The notes beneath the pieces were generated by a model. That model worked only from the letters and a program-made list of their open reading frames with translations. It did no database searches and was not told the origin of the DNA. The position numbers were made by a program, and so were the translations under genes. Positions 1-14,499 of a stretch of DNA of 64,000 nt are shown piece by piece (the first letter of the stretch is position 1; each line of letters begins with the position of its first letter). Source of the stretch: Saccostrea cucullata (taxonomy: Eukaryota); assembly GCF_032062105.1 (NCBI RefSeq), contig NW_026918140.1, positions 1 through 64,000 of the forward strand. The letters run 5' to 3'.

Positions 1-752
1 GGATACGTACGCTCTGTCTACAGTCAAGACTTTGGAGGGTAAGAAGTTAAGATGTTCATAACATTGAAATCCTGAAAACGTGGAAAAATTTGTTGATATT
101 ATTCAGAGAAAAATTTTTGATTTTTTGAAAATTGATGAGATGCTTCATACTAGCATATTTCCTGAGGAACAGTAGGTGTTGAAAACTATGCAGGAGTGAA
201 TTTTAGTAGTTGATATACCTCATGATTTTACAAAAATTAAATTCATTTCTGACAATCATATCATTAATTGGATGACTTGCCACAAATTATCATTTTAAAA
301 ACAGTTGAACTGTACTACTACTGACAAAAACTACAAAATATTCATGCTCATCTTTGCCAGTTCTTGAGAAAATGATCAGTTTTCTAATAAATAAAGAATT
401 TTAGGGGATAATATTTAGAAATGTAAACATTGACATGAATCTTTCAATATCATATTGAAATATATGGTATTTGTAAACTTCTTAATATGGGATTAATAAA
501 TTGCTCTTTAACGTGACAGATGCTGTGAAGCAGATAATACAGTTTATGGGTATGCAGCCGTGTGAGCGATCAGATAAGATTCCTGAGGGGAAGAGTTCCC
601 ACACCCTGTACCTGGCGGGGGTATATAGAGGGGGACACGACGCACTGGTTCGGGCCAAACTGGCTCTGTCCAATAACGGGGTCACCATGCAGTTAACCGT
701 CAGATCAACTGATCCCGACGCTTCAGAAGTCCTGGCTACAGCCATTGGCTAA
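1..752 (+). CDS. COPG: Coatomer subunit gamma, last two coding exons (partial gene): <1-38 and 520-752
   Basis: Spliced translation [12 protein letters not shown]|[45 protein letters not shown]...LATAIG* matches the gamma-COP C-terminal appendage platform. GT donor at 39, AG acceptor at 518-519 (phase 1), AATAAA at 972-977. Confidence 0.93.
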
Positions 753-753
753 T

Positions 754-855
754 TGTGTTTTACCTAAAAACTATAATATAATGAAAATTTTTGGAGATGT
801 TTTTTTGTGTTTTACCTAAAAACAATAACTTAATGAAAATCTTTGGAAGTGTTTA
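754..855. repeat. Two diverged tandem copies (~51 bp) in the COPG 3' UTR
   Basis: ttgtgttttacctaaaaac..ataa..taatgaaaat.tttgga occurs twice in succession. Confidence 0.75.
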
Positions 856-1714
856 TTAATGAATTGTGATAGTGTTAAAAATGGAAGAAACATTTAAGAT
901 GGAAAGAATACAAAATATATTTGTCTTTAGATATTCTTAATTCTTTTTGTTGTTGGGATTATATGTATATAAATAAAAGTATCATGCCTGTGTTTCATTT
1001 TAATCTTATCTAAAGTATGAAAAATTATTTACAAAAGTCAAACGAAAGTGTTGGATAACAAAGAATTAGTTACTTGGTAGTTGACATACTAAGTATATAT
1101 CATCTGATAAAAGATCAGATTTGATCATAAATATACATTTTTTAAACAAAGTGAAAAAAAATGAGTGAAATGAAGTACAAACATGCAGGAAGTGTGTAGA
1201 TTCATTTTTGCATATGCAACAATATTTATGCATAACGAACTATGTCCGTTATTTAAATTATCCCATGTTTCCAATTATCATTGATGCCCTGATATACCAA
1301 CCAACTAAGCAGTGATTCCTTAAGAAACTATTTAACATAATTTCGTAAAACTTTATTTACAAATACAAATGTATTTGTTGGACGTGGCATTCATGGCCTA
1401 TGGACCTGTTTCCAGTAATATACAAGTACCATGAGTAGTTACTACTGATTTTTTCTCTCTTAAAAATGCAATGGCAATTTAGAAATTCATAAAAAGAACA
1501 AAAACTGATTATTATAAATTTTACTGCTTTAATTTTCAAGGATTTCATGAATAAGTATGTAAAAACAAATAAACAACACAGCGATCTACAAAAAAGCATA
1601 ATGCTGTTTAAAGGGACAGCTGTAGTACATGGTACCTATTAATTTTAAATAAGAATACAATATTATTGATTTTAGAAACACATCTAATAATATATAAGGA
1701 ATACAATCTTTCAT

Positions 1715-4700
1715 TCAATCACTGTAATCCGGAAATGGCCTTTCTACACAAACATTTCTGAAGGAATCAAATATTTGATGAGACTTTGACGTATCCGGAC
1801 ACGCTCCACTGAAGCGTACTCTCCCGTCTCTGCAGACAAGGAAATACGGGGTTCCCTCTTTTCCGGGCCAGGGATTCAACCCTTCCCTAAGTCCGTAACA
1901 ACTAGGATGTCGAAGAAAGCAGGGAGGACAATGCGCATGCTTACACAAATATTTGTCATACTCACCTGAAAAAGAATTATAATTTATTTAACGCTGCTAT
2001 GGTACAATATGCAATAATGAACTTGTGTATACGACATGTACATGTAATTCAGATGATCAGTTGTTTTTAAAGAATACAACTGTTGATCACTAACTTTTAG
2101 CGACAAGTTATTTTCGCGAGAGAGAGTCATTGACTCTTTTATCAGCGAGACATAATTTTCAGGAATTGTTGAATTGTTATTCCTCTATATTATCGTATAT
2201 AAGAAATACTTTTCTGAGCGAGAATAAAATTTTGGCGAGCTCATTGTCGCGCGTTATTGCGCGAAATAAAGTTCCCGCGAATAAAAAGTGATCTAAAGTA
2301 TACAAATATTATATCTTACAATGACTCTTTGGTTCAAATCTCTGTCCACATTTTACAACACTGTAATGTTCACATCGCCCAGATTCAGGACTATACAAAG
2401 AAGGGAAATCGCATTCGTGAATTCGCGCCATTGTTCCACTGGGCGTGTTGGCATCACACACGTAGTATTTTGCACAGTTATACGGATGCTCCAGCGTGCT
2501 GTTAGGGAATCTTATACACAATTCTCGCCTCCATTTTTCCTCTTTTGGACCTTTTAAATGATCAACAATGCATTTTAACTACAGCTTAATTAATAATTAT
2601 ATACATGAAATAATTTTGAATGAACTAAGAGTAAAATTAACATAAATGAAATAATTTTGAATGAACCCCCCGCCTCCCATATGGTTATAACTGGTGAAAA
2701 AAAATTAACAAAATGTGTCGGATCAAAAAAAAAAGGTGCACAATGGCAATATGTAATAAAGATTCTGTGAAAGTTTCATCAAATTTCATTCAGTGGTATG
2801 AGAGGAGTTGCGGATAATTAACCTCTAACCCTAACTGAAAAGAATATATACCCTCCCGCTTTTCAAGCGGGGGTATAAAAAGCACTCATACATCTACTTG
2901 AAATCTGTCCAAGAAAAAACCCCTCATAATTAACCTCTAACCCTAACTGAAGAGAAGAAAGCTAGGCAAACTTCATTAACAAATGGAATCACTTTCAATT
3001 AAATCAACGTACTGAAATCAAATGTCAAAATGTAAAGTGTAAAATACTGTATTTTACTTACAAACGCATAATATCCTTACCGCACTTTGAATAAATAATT
3101 TATTCAAAGGCAAAATAAATCAATTATTTTATAACAATGAATGTATTCTATCTAGAAACAACATTAACTTTCCATCAACGCCATGCACTCGTACGTGCAT
3201 TACTGTACAGGCAAACCTTGTATTTTAATCGAAAATATTTTTCTTAAGGACATCAATGACGACAGTAATTTTTTTTTTTAAGAGAGAGGAATACACAAAT
3301 GTTTACTGTATTAAAAAAAATGAAATTTAAAGCCAGAATGCAAAAGAAAAAAAAGACCAGTGATCAATATTAGAAATTCATTTAAGAAAACGAAATGTGA
3401 ACAGAGCATAAACACGGACTTCCAGAAACACAAGAGGTGGGATCAGGTGCCATAGAGGAGTGAGTATCCCTATTGACCCGTTACACCCACCTGGAGTCCT
3501 ATCTATTGGTGAAATGTACTGAATTTCAGAAAAAGATGACCTAAAAATTAATATAAACTTGTCACAGAGAATTCAATATGTAACGATAGGTTGAAATTGC
3601 AAGCAAGGCCAGTAAAACAACCCAAAGAATTTGCGACATGTTGGTTTTAAATTAGCTTGAATCCCGTTATTAACATCAATTTAATGGAACTTGGATCAGT
3701 TTAAACCCTGGACGTTCTACGAACATGCCTTGCATACCAAATCAATCGGGAAGCATGTTGTTTTATTTAAACTTTTAAAGATAAATCGGTTCTGTGAAAT
3801 AAATTCCTTGAACTAATTGATACCGTGGATGATAACATAGTTGCAGGACACCAGTTATCATGCTTCAAGAGATCTGTTGGCTACTGCTTATTAAGTACAT
3901 AAAAGAGAAACAACAGTATAGATTTGATTGAAAATTGATTGATAAAAATGGCTAATGTTTTATAATTCAAATAGGTTTTAAAAAAGTTTCTGAAAGTGGA
4001 TTGATATATGAAGACTTATTTTCTACAATTATGGATTGCAAGCAATGTACAAACCCCAAATGGATTTTTATTCTGTAATAAGCATAGTTGATAATTTTTT
4101 CAAGAAAAACTACACATAAACTTACTTTGATGATACTCCAAAAACAGTTTTAGAAAATTATGAAATATAGATTTTTTTCCAAATTCAATAGCATCCTAAC
4201 ATACGACATTTAAGAATGGAATATGTAAATTTATATGCATGTCTTCTTTGGTATTGGAAACATGGCGATAATATAAAAAAAATAATAAGATAAAAATGGT
4301 TAATGTTTTACAATTTAAATAGGTTTTAAAAAAGTTTTGACTTTTTCATGATACTTTGAAAAAGTGGATTGATATTTAGATACATGTACATCAACGGTGT
4401 TTTATCAGCTAACATGTTCATATATATTTAATCATTGCAAGCCAATGTAAAACAAACCATCAAAAGGGATTTTTATTTTACCAGAAAAAGATTCGATACA
4501 TCTAACAAGGAAAACTTCCTCAAATCATCAACTTCCATTATTGGGAATAAACCATTATCTTAAGCATATAGCATTTATATCTCTCATTTGAACCAAAGGG
4601 AAGAACATTTTAACGTACAAAACATTTGTTTAAAACAAGGAAAGCTATTGACAAGTATAAAGTTGATAATATACGGATATCAGCAGTCTACTATATATGT

Positions 4701-5159
4701 GCTCTGCTTAAAATATAAATTGTTTCAATGACCATTTGATCTTGATTACTGTCCGGTAAATTGTATCTTGTAATTTTAATTTCATTAGTCAAAGTAATCA
4801 AAGATTTTGAAAATACAATGTATCAAATACATGATAAACTGTACATGATAAATCAATCAATTGACTCATCGCTACAGTTTGAACGACGACTTTTAAAAAT
4901 AAGTGAATAAAAAGTCCAAATTCTTACAAGTGTCGAAGACCGAGCCCTCTTGGACACACTTCAGTGACCTTTCACTGACAACATAATGTTCCGGGCAGGT
5001 AATAATGAACTCTCTCTTGTCCACACACAGGTGATATTTAGTACAATCATCCGGATCTTTCCGCCTAATTGGTTTTTCTGCATATTCTGGGCAAAGTTTA
5101 CGGGAATAAACGGAAATGAAAAACACTGACCATAAACACAATAGGATATTTGTCGGCAT
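1715..5159 (-). CDS. Secreted chitin-binding (CBM14/peritrophin-A) protein, paralog 1; exons 5159-4928, 2550-2320, 1965-1715; 237 aa
   Basis: Hydrophobic N-terminus (MPTNILLCLWSVFFISVYS). CBM14 patterns DPDDCTKYHLC..C..C..C and HPYNCAKYYVC..ECDFPSLYSPESGRC. Both GT-AG introns are phase 1. Exon total is 714 nt in frame. TATATAA near 5267-5273. Confidence 0.88.
2080..2300. mobile_element. Short MITE-like element in intron 2 of paralog 1
   Basis: Imperfect terminal inverted repeats (ctgttgatcactaacttttagcg..ttattttcgcg / cgcgaaataaagttcccgcgaataaaaagtgatctaaag) flanked by TA. Confidence 0.45.
2665..2880 (-). mobile_element. Non-autonomous Helentron-like (HINE) fragment
   Basis: Terminal palindrome ataccctcccgcttttcaagcgggggtat. 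The body is homologous to the copies at 36980-37305 and 50500-50740. Confidence 0.6.
3395..3860 (-). mobile_element. Naiad-type Penelope-like element, 3' fragment
   Basis: Carries the family 3' motif ggtgggatcaggtgccat.gaggagtgag shared with the RT-bearing copies. Confidence 0.65.
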
Positions 5160-8100
5160 GGTTACACAAGCAATACTCCTTTTAGACACAAAGCCTTCTC
5201 AAAACACAGTAAACAATATTTGTTGTTTGCAGGTATGTCAAAGTAAGAATGACTCCAACTTTGTCATTATATAAGAGCTGAGATCGAAAATTCCTTTAGA
5301 ATCCAATAAAAGTGAGAGAAACAACTTCTATGGAACTTTTTTAAATTTCTATCCATACATGTCTATATATATGTTTGGTAAATGCACTAATGAAAGTTAA
5401 ACAAAGGATGCACTACAAACTTTCTTGAAATGTCAAAAACTTTGCAATTAACATTCATTATGAGAGAAAAAGCGTGTTCTACAAGCGGCGATGACAGAAC
5501 TTTAATTAATTTACTGACGTAGCGAATATTTATGCTGTTAGGCATTTCTTTCCTCCTGAATGGAAATTTACACATCGCTAAAGTCCACTTTATCTCCATA
5601 TTAGTCAATGTTTTGCAATTTCATATTAAATTTTTAGGGGAAATCTTACATAAGTATTTGATTCAGCATTGAAAGTTATAATGATGAATACAAATAATTT
5701 ATACAGAGAATCATTAATAATTTAGAAATCGAAAGACACATACACAGTTTGAGTGATTGAAGAGAGAGAGAGTCCAGACTTGGCTTTTGGATCTTCCTCT
5801 TAAATCCTTATCGTTCTTGAGCAACAGGACATATAAGAAATCCTAACTAAACCAAAATGCAAGAATTTAGGGAAAAATTAAAAATTGAAATCCAGACAAA
5901 AAATTCAAATATTGTCCACAGGTGGAGATTGACAACTTTTCTCCCAGTTGTTTTAATTTTTAGTTCTGTGACCTTCTAAAACATTCATTATTAATTGACA
6001 GAATGTCTGACTAATAAACAAAATAGGTAAAAAAAAATTGTTGTTCTGTACACAAACGTGTTTGAAAGGAATACACTGATTGTGCTTTTCTGAATAATTA
6101 AACATTGAGATGGATATATCATACTCTTAAGCACTTGTTTGAAACTTTGAATAATAAGAAACTTTTATTCTTCAAGCATTTTCCTATTTCTATTTCCACA
6201 AACACTTTAATTTTGTGAGTTTGTTTGTTTTACATCAATCTTAAAAGACAAAGACGTTTTTGAAAAACACCAAGTTCATTAAAATACAACTGATATTGGA
6301 CAGAATTACACACTGAATTAAATAAATTACATGCTTTTGAAATCAAAGACAGCTGCTCTGTTCAGTAAAACATAAATTGACAAATTTGCATCGGTCATTT
6401 GCAAAATGAAGCTGTTAAACATTCTGATTACGCACAGAAGTATTTGAATTTGTATTGTTGCAATGGACATTTGATTTTGATTACTGATCGTTATATCTAT
6501 TGTTTATGAGACAATATCATTACATTATTCGTTACCAAATGTATTGGTATGCTTATGCTATGCCATCATTGAAAATTGCTAAATGTTTGGTAAAAGATAA
6601 GAGTTTTAGTATTTAACATGAATGAATGATAATCATAATTATCTTACATTTGAAATTGTATTATTTAAGATATTGCATGTAAATAAGATGTTTGTAAAAT
6701 ATGCTACTAATGATTCAAAAGGGGCTGTTATTTTTTTCTTGATTATGCATTTAAAAGACTTTTTTTTCAAAATGATCGATTTCCATTATGGTAACATTTT
6801 TCATGTTTATCTATATCAATGTAAATTAAATCTTATATGAAAAAGTCAGATTTTCAACCAGAATTTTTTTTAAGTGTACAAGATTAACCTCTTTGAAGAA
6901 GTATTAGAACCTAGAATCAATTTTAACATATTTAGAAATTTATTCACTATCACTGTATCAAAAGTTTGTACAACAAGGAATGGTTACTCTTCCTTTACAT
7001 CTGACCCCTCCTTTAAAGCTTTTAGGTGTTTAGGATTAACTGTTGTCTTCAAAGCTTCGGAGATTCTAAACTCATCATTATCATATTGTACTCATTTCTA
7101 TAAAATTGATCAATCAAATATTTATAGACATCTTGCAGAATGTGCATTAATATACATTTTCTTAATATTTGGACATGACTTGTGATTCATTTCAATTATA
7201 AAAAAATATTGATTTACATCCTGAAAAGAACAGAGAATGTTATAAAAAATAAGTATATAATGACATCAGCATATTTGAAATACTGTTTAAAAAGATTTAC
7301 GTCAGCTTTGTTGGTTGTGATGGCTAATGAAAGAAGATGGAATCCTGAGAAACAAATTAAGCAAACAAAATATTAATGAAAAAATATCCAAATCATGAGC
7401 GCAAACTTATGAATAGCAGAAGAATTCTGACGTCAAGTGATTACAAATCGAAGTTTCAAAAAGAAGAAAAATAAAAACCATAAATTGACTGAAGATGGAA
7501 TGATAAATAGGTGTACTTGTGTCAAGTCTTTTGTTGTCTAATTTATTTCAGTAATTTTTAGAGCAAAGATAAAGAAAATATTTTGTAAACAAATAAAAGG
7601 AAATTACATGAATATTTTATAAATTATATTTTATTTTCAATTGTTTCATTTTTTTTTTAGATTTAGGAGGGATTCTATATAGATGAAAATTCAAAATACA
7701 TTTGCTTATGATAAGTCTTATATATTAGCATATATTTCAAATTATTTTTTCTTTCCTTTTCATTATTTGACAATTTGAATCAGAAATGGTAAAATCCACT
7801 GTGTGAGTTTGAAATCAAGCAGGGGTTATATATTTTTTATTCATATTATTTTAATTATGGAGGCGGATGAAGGGTTCTCATCTGCTTCTCAAAATTACTA
7901 CTGAACAATGAATTTAGTTTCAATTTTAAACGATCTAAGATTTAAAGAAATTTCCTATCGTAACGTAAGGTAGTCCGATCCTCAGGTTCATAGAATTAGC
8001 AGTTATGTAATCGAAAATACTCATAAAAATATCTCTGAATCCACAAAGTACTAGTAATGTAAATTTACCCACAGAATTTCTTTAAAGTTCAACATTAAAG

Positions 8101-8300
8101 TTAATCATATCATATAGGGAAAATTGTCAAATCTCCGATATATATTCAGAAAAAAAGCGAATAGGAATATCAGTTATGCATGTTCTAATTGCAAATTGAT
8201 CAACAAATATATTTTTGGTTAAAAAACAATTGGTATCCAGGCATTTAGAGAAATTGTCATGATTTGTATACTTATTTGGTATTCTATATCTTCTTTTTCC

Positions 8301-9815
8301 TTCAAAGGTCCTAAATATAGGGAACCCCGATCCTTCAAAATTACGCGAGACGATGGGTCAGATATGAAAAAGAAGACATTGATACCTTTTCAGAATGGAT
8401 AAAATGTATGAGATCCATGTTAAACTCGCGTATTAAAAGATTGATGGGCAATATGAAAACCATCTTTCCTTCTGTGTTCAATAAACGAGAAGTGAAAAGA
8501 GAATTAGATAGATTACATGATAAGTACGTACTGGTCCCTGCCGACAAAGCAGGTAACAACATTGTCTTCGTTTGTAAGGCTCGTTATATTTAAATTGTAT
8601 TCTAGAAGAACTTGGATTTAATTCTACAATTGGTAATCCTACTTATACTTCCCTTTCTAAGGAAGAAATTCTTCAAAATCATATGTCAGTTCTGAATATT
8701 TTTAATATTCCACAGAGCCAAAATGAAATTGAACTACCTTATATATATTGGATTCCGAAACTTCATAAGAATTTAAAAGCATTGCAGGTTCCAGTAAATA
8801 TTCAACCAAGCCTCTTTCGTTACCCCTCACTAAGATATTGACAGTAGTGATGGAAAACCTTCAAGAGTACTGTGCAACAATACGAGGAAGTGGTGTTAAT
8901 CAGATGTGGATACTAAAAAATTCTAAAGAACTTTTGGACAATTTGAAATCACAAGATTTTTACCAAAATCAACAGCTTAAAAACTTACGACTTTTCAACT
9001 TTATACACAACCATTCCCCAAGGTTTTTGATATCATTGACAGCTGCTTCTTCAATAAAAATGGAACTCGTAAATTTAATTACCTGGTCATTGGTCATTTG
9101 TAAAATTATTTTGTAAAAACAGATTCTGATTGCACACACAAGTACTCTGAAGTTGACATCAAGAGGATGCTTGAGTTTCTGATAGACAATATCTATGTGG
9201 TTTTGGAAACCAGGTCTTCCACCAATCTGTTGGAATTCCAATGGGTACCAATTGCGCTCTGTTCATAGCAGACCTATTTTTGTATTCATATGAAGCAGAC
9301 ATTATGCAAAATCTTAAACGTGAAAAGAAAAAAACACTTGCTGTGGCCTTCAACTGGACTTTCAGGTATATCGACGACGTATTGTCAATTAACAATGGTA
9401 ATTTCTATTCCTACGTTGATACGATATATCCAGGAGAGCTTGAGATAAAAGATACCACAGAGTCTGACACATCTGTTTCATACTTGGATATTTTACTTGA
9501 AAAAGACGTTAATGGTAACCTAACAACCAAGCTATATGATAAACGTTACGACTTTAACTTTTCTATCCTCAGCTTCCCTTACTTATGCAGCAATATACCT
9601 TCATCATCTGCACCATATGGAGTATATATATCTCAGTTGAACAATTTTCGAGGTAAATTATACGCAAGTTGATGAACATGCTCTGCGTATGAACAATTTC
9701 TAAAACGAGGTCAATTGACAAGAAAGTTGACTAAACAAAAATATACACTGAATTGCAGATTTTTCCGTTATTTCACGATCATGACAAGGAGCACACAGCG
9801 GGTCTGACCGGTAAG
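8301..9815 (+). mobile_element. Penelope-like retroelement (Naiad-type) reverse transcriptase, degraded
   Basis: Motifs KGPKYREP, VLVPADKAGNNIVFVCK, WIPKLHK, GIPMGTNCA..ADLFLYSYE, FRYIDDVLSINN, SYLDI, TKLYDKR, with many frameshifts. No C-terminal GIY-YIG follows the RT, as expected for the N-terminal-EN (Naiad) clade. Confidence 0.85.
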
Positions 9816-11400
9816 TTCTCCTTGCTCATAAAATGACCAATTTTTATCAACTTTGATAGAATACGTTATCTCCATATCCTTCTTCATGTATTATTCAAGT
9901 AAAATGCTTTTGCTATCATTCCAAGACATTTTTCTAATTTCAATTTATACTGCATGGTATCTAAGGCTCGATTCAAGAAAATCTTTCTTCTCTAAAACTA
10001 TATTTTTTTCCTTTTGTGGGGTAAAATTCAACTTTTTAAAAAGACATTTTCTTGACATATAAACCTTGAATCATATTAAGACGAATAAGATGAAACTTGT
10101 TGCATGGAATGTTTTCATTTTCAAGCTTTATATTCATGCTTTTTTAATCAAATATTAGTTTTTGGAGTAATCCTTCCTGGCTGGGGATAGGATATCCTTA
10201 AATTATTTGTTATAAATAAAAGTTGGGAAATATATGAGATAAATATAATTTTCCAAGTTAATATCATTTTTTATCTTTATATGACTTCTTACATGTTCCG
10301 TAAAAAAATAGATAAACAAACCATATATAAAAAAATAAAATGGAGGAAATTAGAATTACCGATAAATGTGTATGCTCTGTGATTACTATCATCTGAAATA
10401 CCATCATAATTATCATCATAAGTGACTATAAATTACAAACCATCTAAAATTGTTTACCTATTTAATGGCGAATGGGCATTGAAAATAAATACATCAGAAT
10501 TTTTACACAGTTGCAATTTCGTTGAAAAGCCTTTTTTGATTAATAATCGTAAACAAACAGCTGTATTCGAACCTCGTAAATAGAACATAGAAAAATAAGG
10601 ACATTTGTTTTAATTTTGTACATGTAATTAATCGTTTGACATGAAAATTTTTAACTTCCTGGACATGCTTTGTGGTTAAGAAGGTGTCGGCTTGTGACGA
10701 CAGGACATCGATCATTCCTCCTACAACACATTTATATTGACACAGAAAACTATTTGTTAAATAAAGCTCATTTAGTGAGATATTTGAAATCAAAATTGAT
10801 GACTTTTGAATAATAGACAACAACAGCAACAAAAATCTGAAGGCACTTATAATTTTACATTTAGCAAAAACTGAAAATAACAACAATTTATTTTTTCTGG
10901 CTTCAAATAGTAACCAAAAATACAAACTGTTTCTGTTTTCGTACAAGTCTGATTAATACGTTAAGCATTACAATCTATATATTATTTAGAAGGAAAATGG
11001 ATAAGTATGATACTTAAAGCATTGTATGTGGTCAGTCTGCACATGCCAATTCATAAATTATCTATATAAATAAATAAAACGGTATTCAGTTTATTCTAAG
11101 AATGCTGACTTTTTCATGACTATATTTTCCTTCTTGTACAATGAGATAATTCCTAATTAACCACTGCAATAAATAATGAGTCTTAAACCACAAACTTATA
11201 GGTTACCAGTTGTAGGTGTGAAGTTCTGAAGCATGATGTGTGTAGGCACGTCCAGGTACAATAAATACAAACAGACAAATAGTGGTATCTCAAAATGATG
11301 GAGGAGTTCATTGAATAGAATTCACAGATAATCATCAAAACCTTTTTTTCTTAATATGTTAAATATTTACGTCCGTTTTCAGTATTAACAGTGAAAAAAC

Positions 11401-13733
11401 ATGGAGAGACTTGGCGCTGTATTTTATTTTTTAATGTTATTTATCAAAATCGTTTGTTCACATCCAATGTGCAACAGAAGATCATTACTAAAGAAATCCT
11501 TTTTCTCTCATCGTGAAGATTGTTCAATGTACTATGTTTGTTTAAATAGAAGGATATTTTTGATGAAGTGTGATGATGATGAAGTTTTTAATGTTGAGTC
11601 AGAGACTTGTGTTCCAAGAGGATCAGAGTTAGATTCCTGTAAGTAAATTAATATGTCGTTTATTTTGATGCTTGTCTTTTTTCCTTTCTATACTTATTAA
11701 CCATGTATACAAATCTTAGCACAGAAATGTTGTAATTAGTGATTTATATTAAAGAGGCTGGGGATTGTGGCCATTTTTAGACTATATTGATCTGCTTTAG
11801 AAGAGGAGTTCCATATGAAGATATAGAAAATAATCAAATTTTAAAACTTAAATGTTTGAAATTTTTCTTTGCCACATGATAGTTGACAGCTTAAGATACC
11901 GTATATATAAAATAAGTTTAATCTGGTGGTTAATTTGTTTTTCATTTACTGACTCCCCAGCCTCATTAAGTCTAAAATAGGAGCTGACACTTTGTTGAAT
12001 ATGGTTTTCTGTTTAAAAATCATTAAAAAAAATCCAAGCTTTACTTCAAATTCTGTTTTATTAATGGTTTAAGCACTAGATTTCAAAGTAGTCTTAATCT
12101 TGTTTTGGCAGGTTCTCGGAAAGTAGATACAAACGACTGCGCAGCACATAATGTTGGATTTCTTCCTCATATGACGAGCTGTGCAAAATATTTGGACTGT
12201 TCTTCCAAGTTACGTGGAAATCCCAGAATTCGTGAATGTCCATATCCACATCTTTTTGATTCCGTCACGAAGAAGTGTCGATATTTTAAAGAAGTTGACT
12301 GCGGGGATAGACATGAGCCAAAAAATCCATGTATGTTAAATATTAATTAGATATATGAAATTAAATATGAATTAAATTGTATCACGAGTTTATCACCTTT
12401 TCAACTGTTGCTTTTAATGCTGTGCTGTACGATAAAATTACATTACATTAATTTGTTATTTCAAAGATTTTTTTGAGAATATATTTTGGATAAGTACTCA
12501 TATGTAGTGTTACTCGAAATCACAGAAAAATAGGGGTCAGTGTGCATCTTACTGACCAATAATACAATTAAGTTGACCTTTTTGCACTTAAAATTTAAAT
12601 CTGGTTAAATACCGGGTGCTTTAACTTTATCATATTTTATCAGATGTAACCATGGCTATAAAGATATTATTATTTTATGTAAAATATTTTGAATAATATT
12701 TATTATCAAACAAATTTTGCTAATTAATGCGCCAAAATTATTGTGTGACATATTTGCACTAAAAAGTATAAATTTGGGGTTTTAAATAAAAATCTAATTA
12801 GGCCATAAGGCATTTTCTTATATAAAACTTTTTACGAATTTAATGCTGATCAGTCACAAGTATCGAGTAGTTTAAAACTGAAAGAAAAAGTTTGGGTCAG
12901 TGATGTTAATTTTGAAATATTGGTCAAAATATATGATTTTCAGGCGAAAAATGGTGTAATTTTTTTTTACTTCTTTAACATATCATCATTTTTTGGCACA
13001 GTTTGTTGAGGAAGGTGTAAAACTTGTTCTTAAAATATGAATTAAGACCTATATCAAATATTCCCAGCAATATCATAACGGAAAATATTCTCTGAGTAAA
13101 CATAATTATGTGAGGCTAAAGTTCCAAGATATTAAATTTGATAAATGTGCAGATTGTAGAATTTTCTTCTAAATATCCTTTCACCACAAGAAAAAGTCCC
13201 TCAGAAATCTTGCATCTTTGTGGTTTTTGAACAGTCTTTTTTTCATTGAATGTTAAACAATTTACATTGTTGAATTGAAATATGCTATTAAAATTGAATT
13301 CTATTAATTTTGAAGTAAGAGTTTCTGCTTGAACTTTTCTAAAAAGTTGACGAGTGACATACCTAAATACAAACTAACTTAGCTGGAAAACCTGCTGCAA
13401 TATAGATCAAATTCTTTTATTCGTTAGTCTTTGTAAATTGTACTTTGATTCATACATTATCCTATTTTCTTTTATTTTTTAGGTGACTACGACGTGTATA
13501 CTTGTAATGGTGATATGTGTGTCCCCTGTCGCTCTCGTTACCCTAGCTGTGTAGATTTACCTGACGGCCTGAACCCCTGGAGGGGGCGGGAGTGGACACC
13601 ACATTTTTTACTGTGTACCGGTGAAAGAGTTCTTTTCCATGGACTGTGTTCAAATTCACAAATTTTTCATCCAAGACAATTAAAATGCATGAATCCAAAA
13701 ACAAATACAACAAATCGAAATCCAGAAGCATGA
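11401..13733 (+). CDS. Secreted chitin-binding (CBM14) protein, paralog 2; exons 11401-11638, 12112-12330, 13483-13733; 235 aa
   Basis: Signal peptide MERLGAVFYFLMLFIKIVCS. Motifs HREDCSMYYVC, HMTSCAKYLDC..ECPYPHLFD, PSCVDLPDGLNPWRGRE. Phase-1 GT-AG introns at the same positions as the paralogs. 708 nt in frame. Confidence 0.88.
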
Positions 13734-14499
13734 AATATGCTACAAATTTAATATTTATTTATAACAATTCATCTTTTTTTCAAATGATCATCTTATTTTA
13801 TACATGTTTGTATATATTTGTTTTAATTATTCGTTATTGACTTATCTCTCTTTTATTTTCCCACTATTAAAAACGATTTGTTTTACAGAATTATCGACAT
13901 TTAATTCTTGTTTCAAACTCATTAAATGTTGTTAACAATGAATAAAGTTTGTAAAACGAGACAAATCTTAATTGTTTACATCATAAATGTACATGTACAT
14001 GTATTGTTTATTATTATTTCGTAGAATTTTTGCAGAAATTTAAAACCGTTTTTTTCGACTTAAATTTTTTTTTTTATCATAAAATCATTAGGGTGACAGA
14101 AATGCGATCACCTAAAAATGTTTTAATAAGTTTATTATGCAGAAGAGTTTTTTCTCTCCAAACACCAGACCTATCACAAGCATTTATGTCCGCTGTTCAA
14201 TCCACTTAACTGAATTGGATAAATATTATAAGAGGTGGAAAGTGGTTGGTCCAACCTGTTCTAGAAAGGTTGACCAATCACATCCCACGTTAAGTTTGGA
14301 TTCAATGTGCATTGAATTTAGTTGAAGACTTCAACTATATCACCTTGTGTGAATGGATATCGGATTTACAAAACACAACTTAAACGAAAGTGATAACGTA
14401 AATCAAATATAGTACACGTATGTTACTGGCTCCTGTGGTTAAGTTTTTTAAATGAATTTTTAATCACATGTTATGCCAATATTCATTTTCATATATTAT

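Noticed and set aside
2814-2957. Telomere-like taaccctaac in a duplicated 26-mer
   Set aside because: Only about one unit per copy; it is a small local duplication, not an interstitial telomere.
3940-4480. Diverged ~350-bp-offset duplication in intron 1 of paralog 1
   Set aside because: Real but patchy AT-rich duplication with no sign of function.
8301-9815. Active or selenoprotein-encoding PLE
   Set aside because: There are multiple frameshifts and deletions, no endonuclease region, and no pattern of in-frame TGA at Cys positions that I could support.
10503-10946. 147-aa ORF and similar F/I/L/K-rich short ORFs across the window
   Set aside because: Composition reflects AT-rich non-coding DNA; many lack an ATG start, splice context or motifs.
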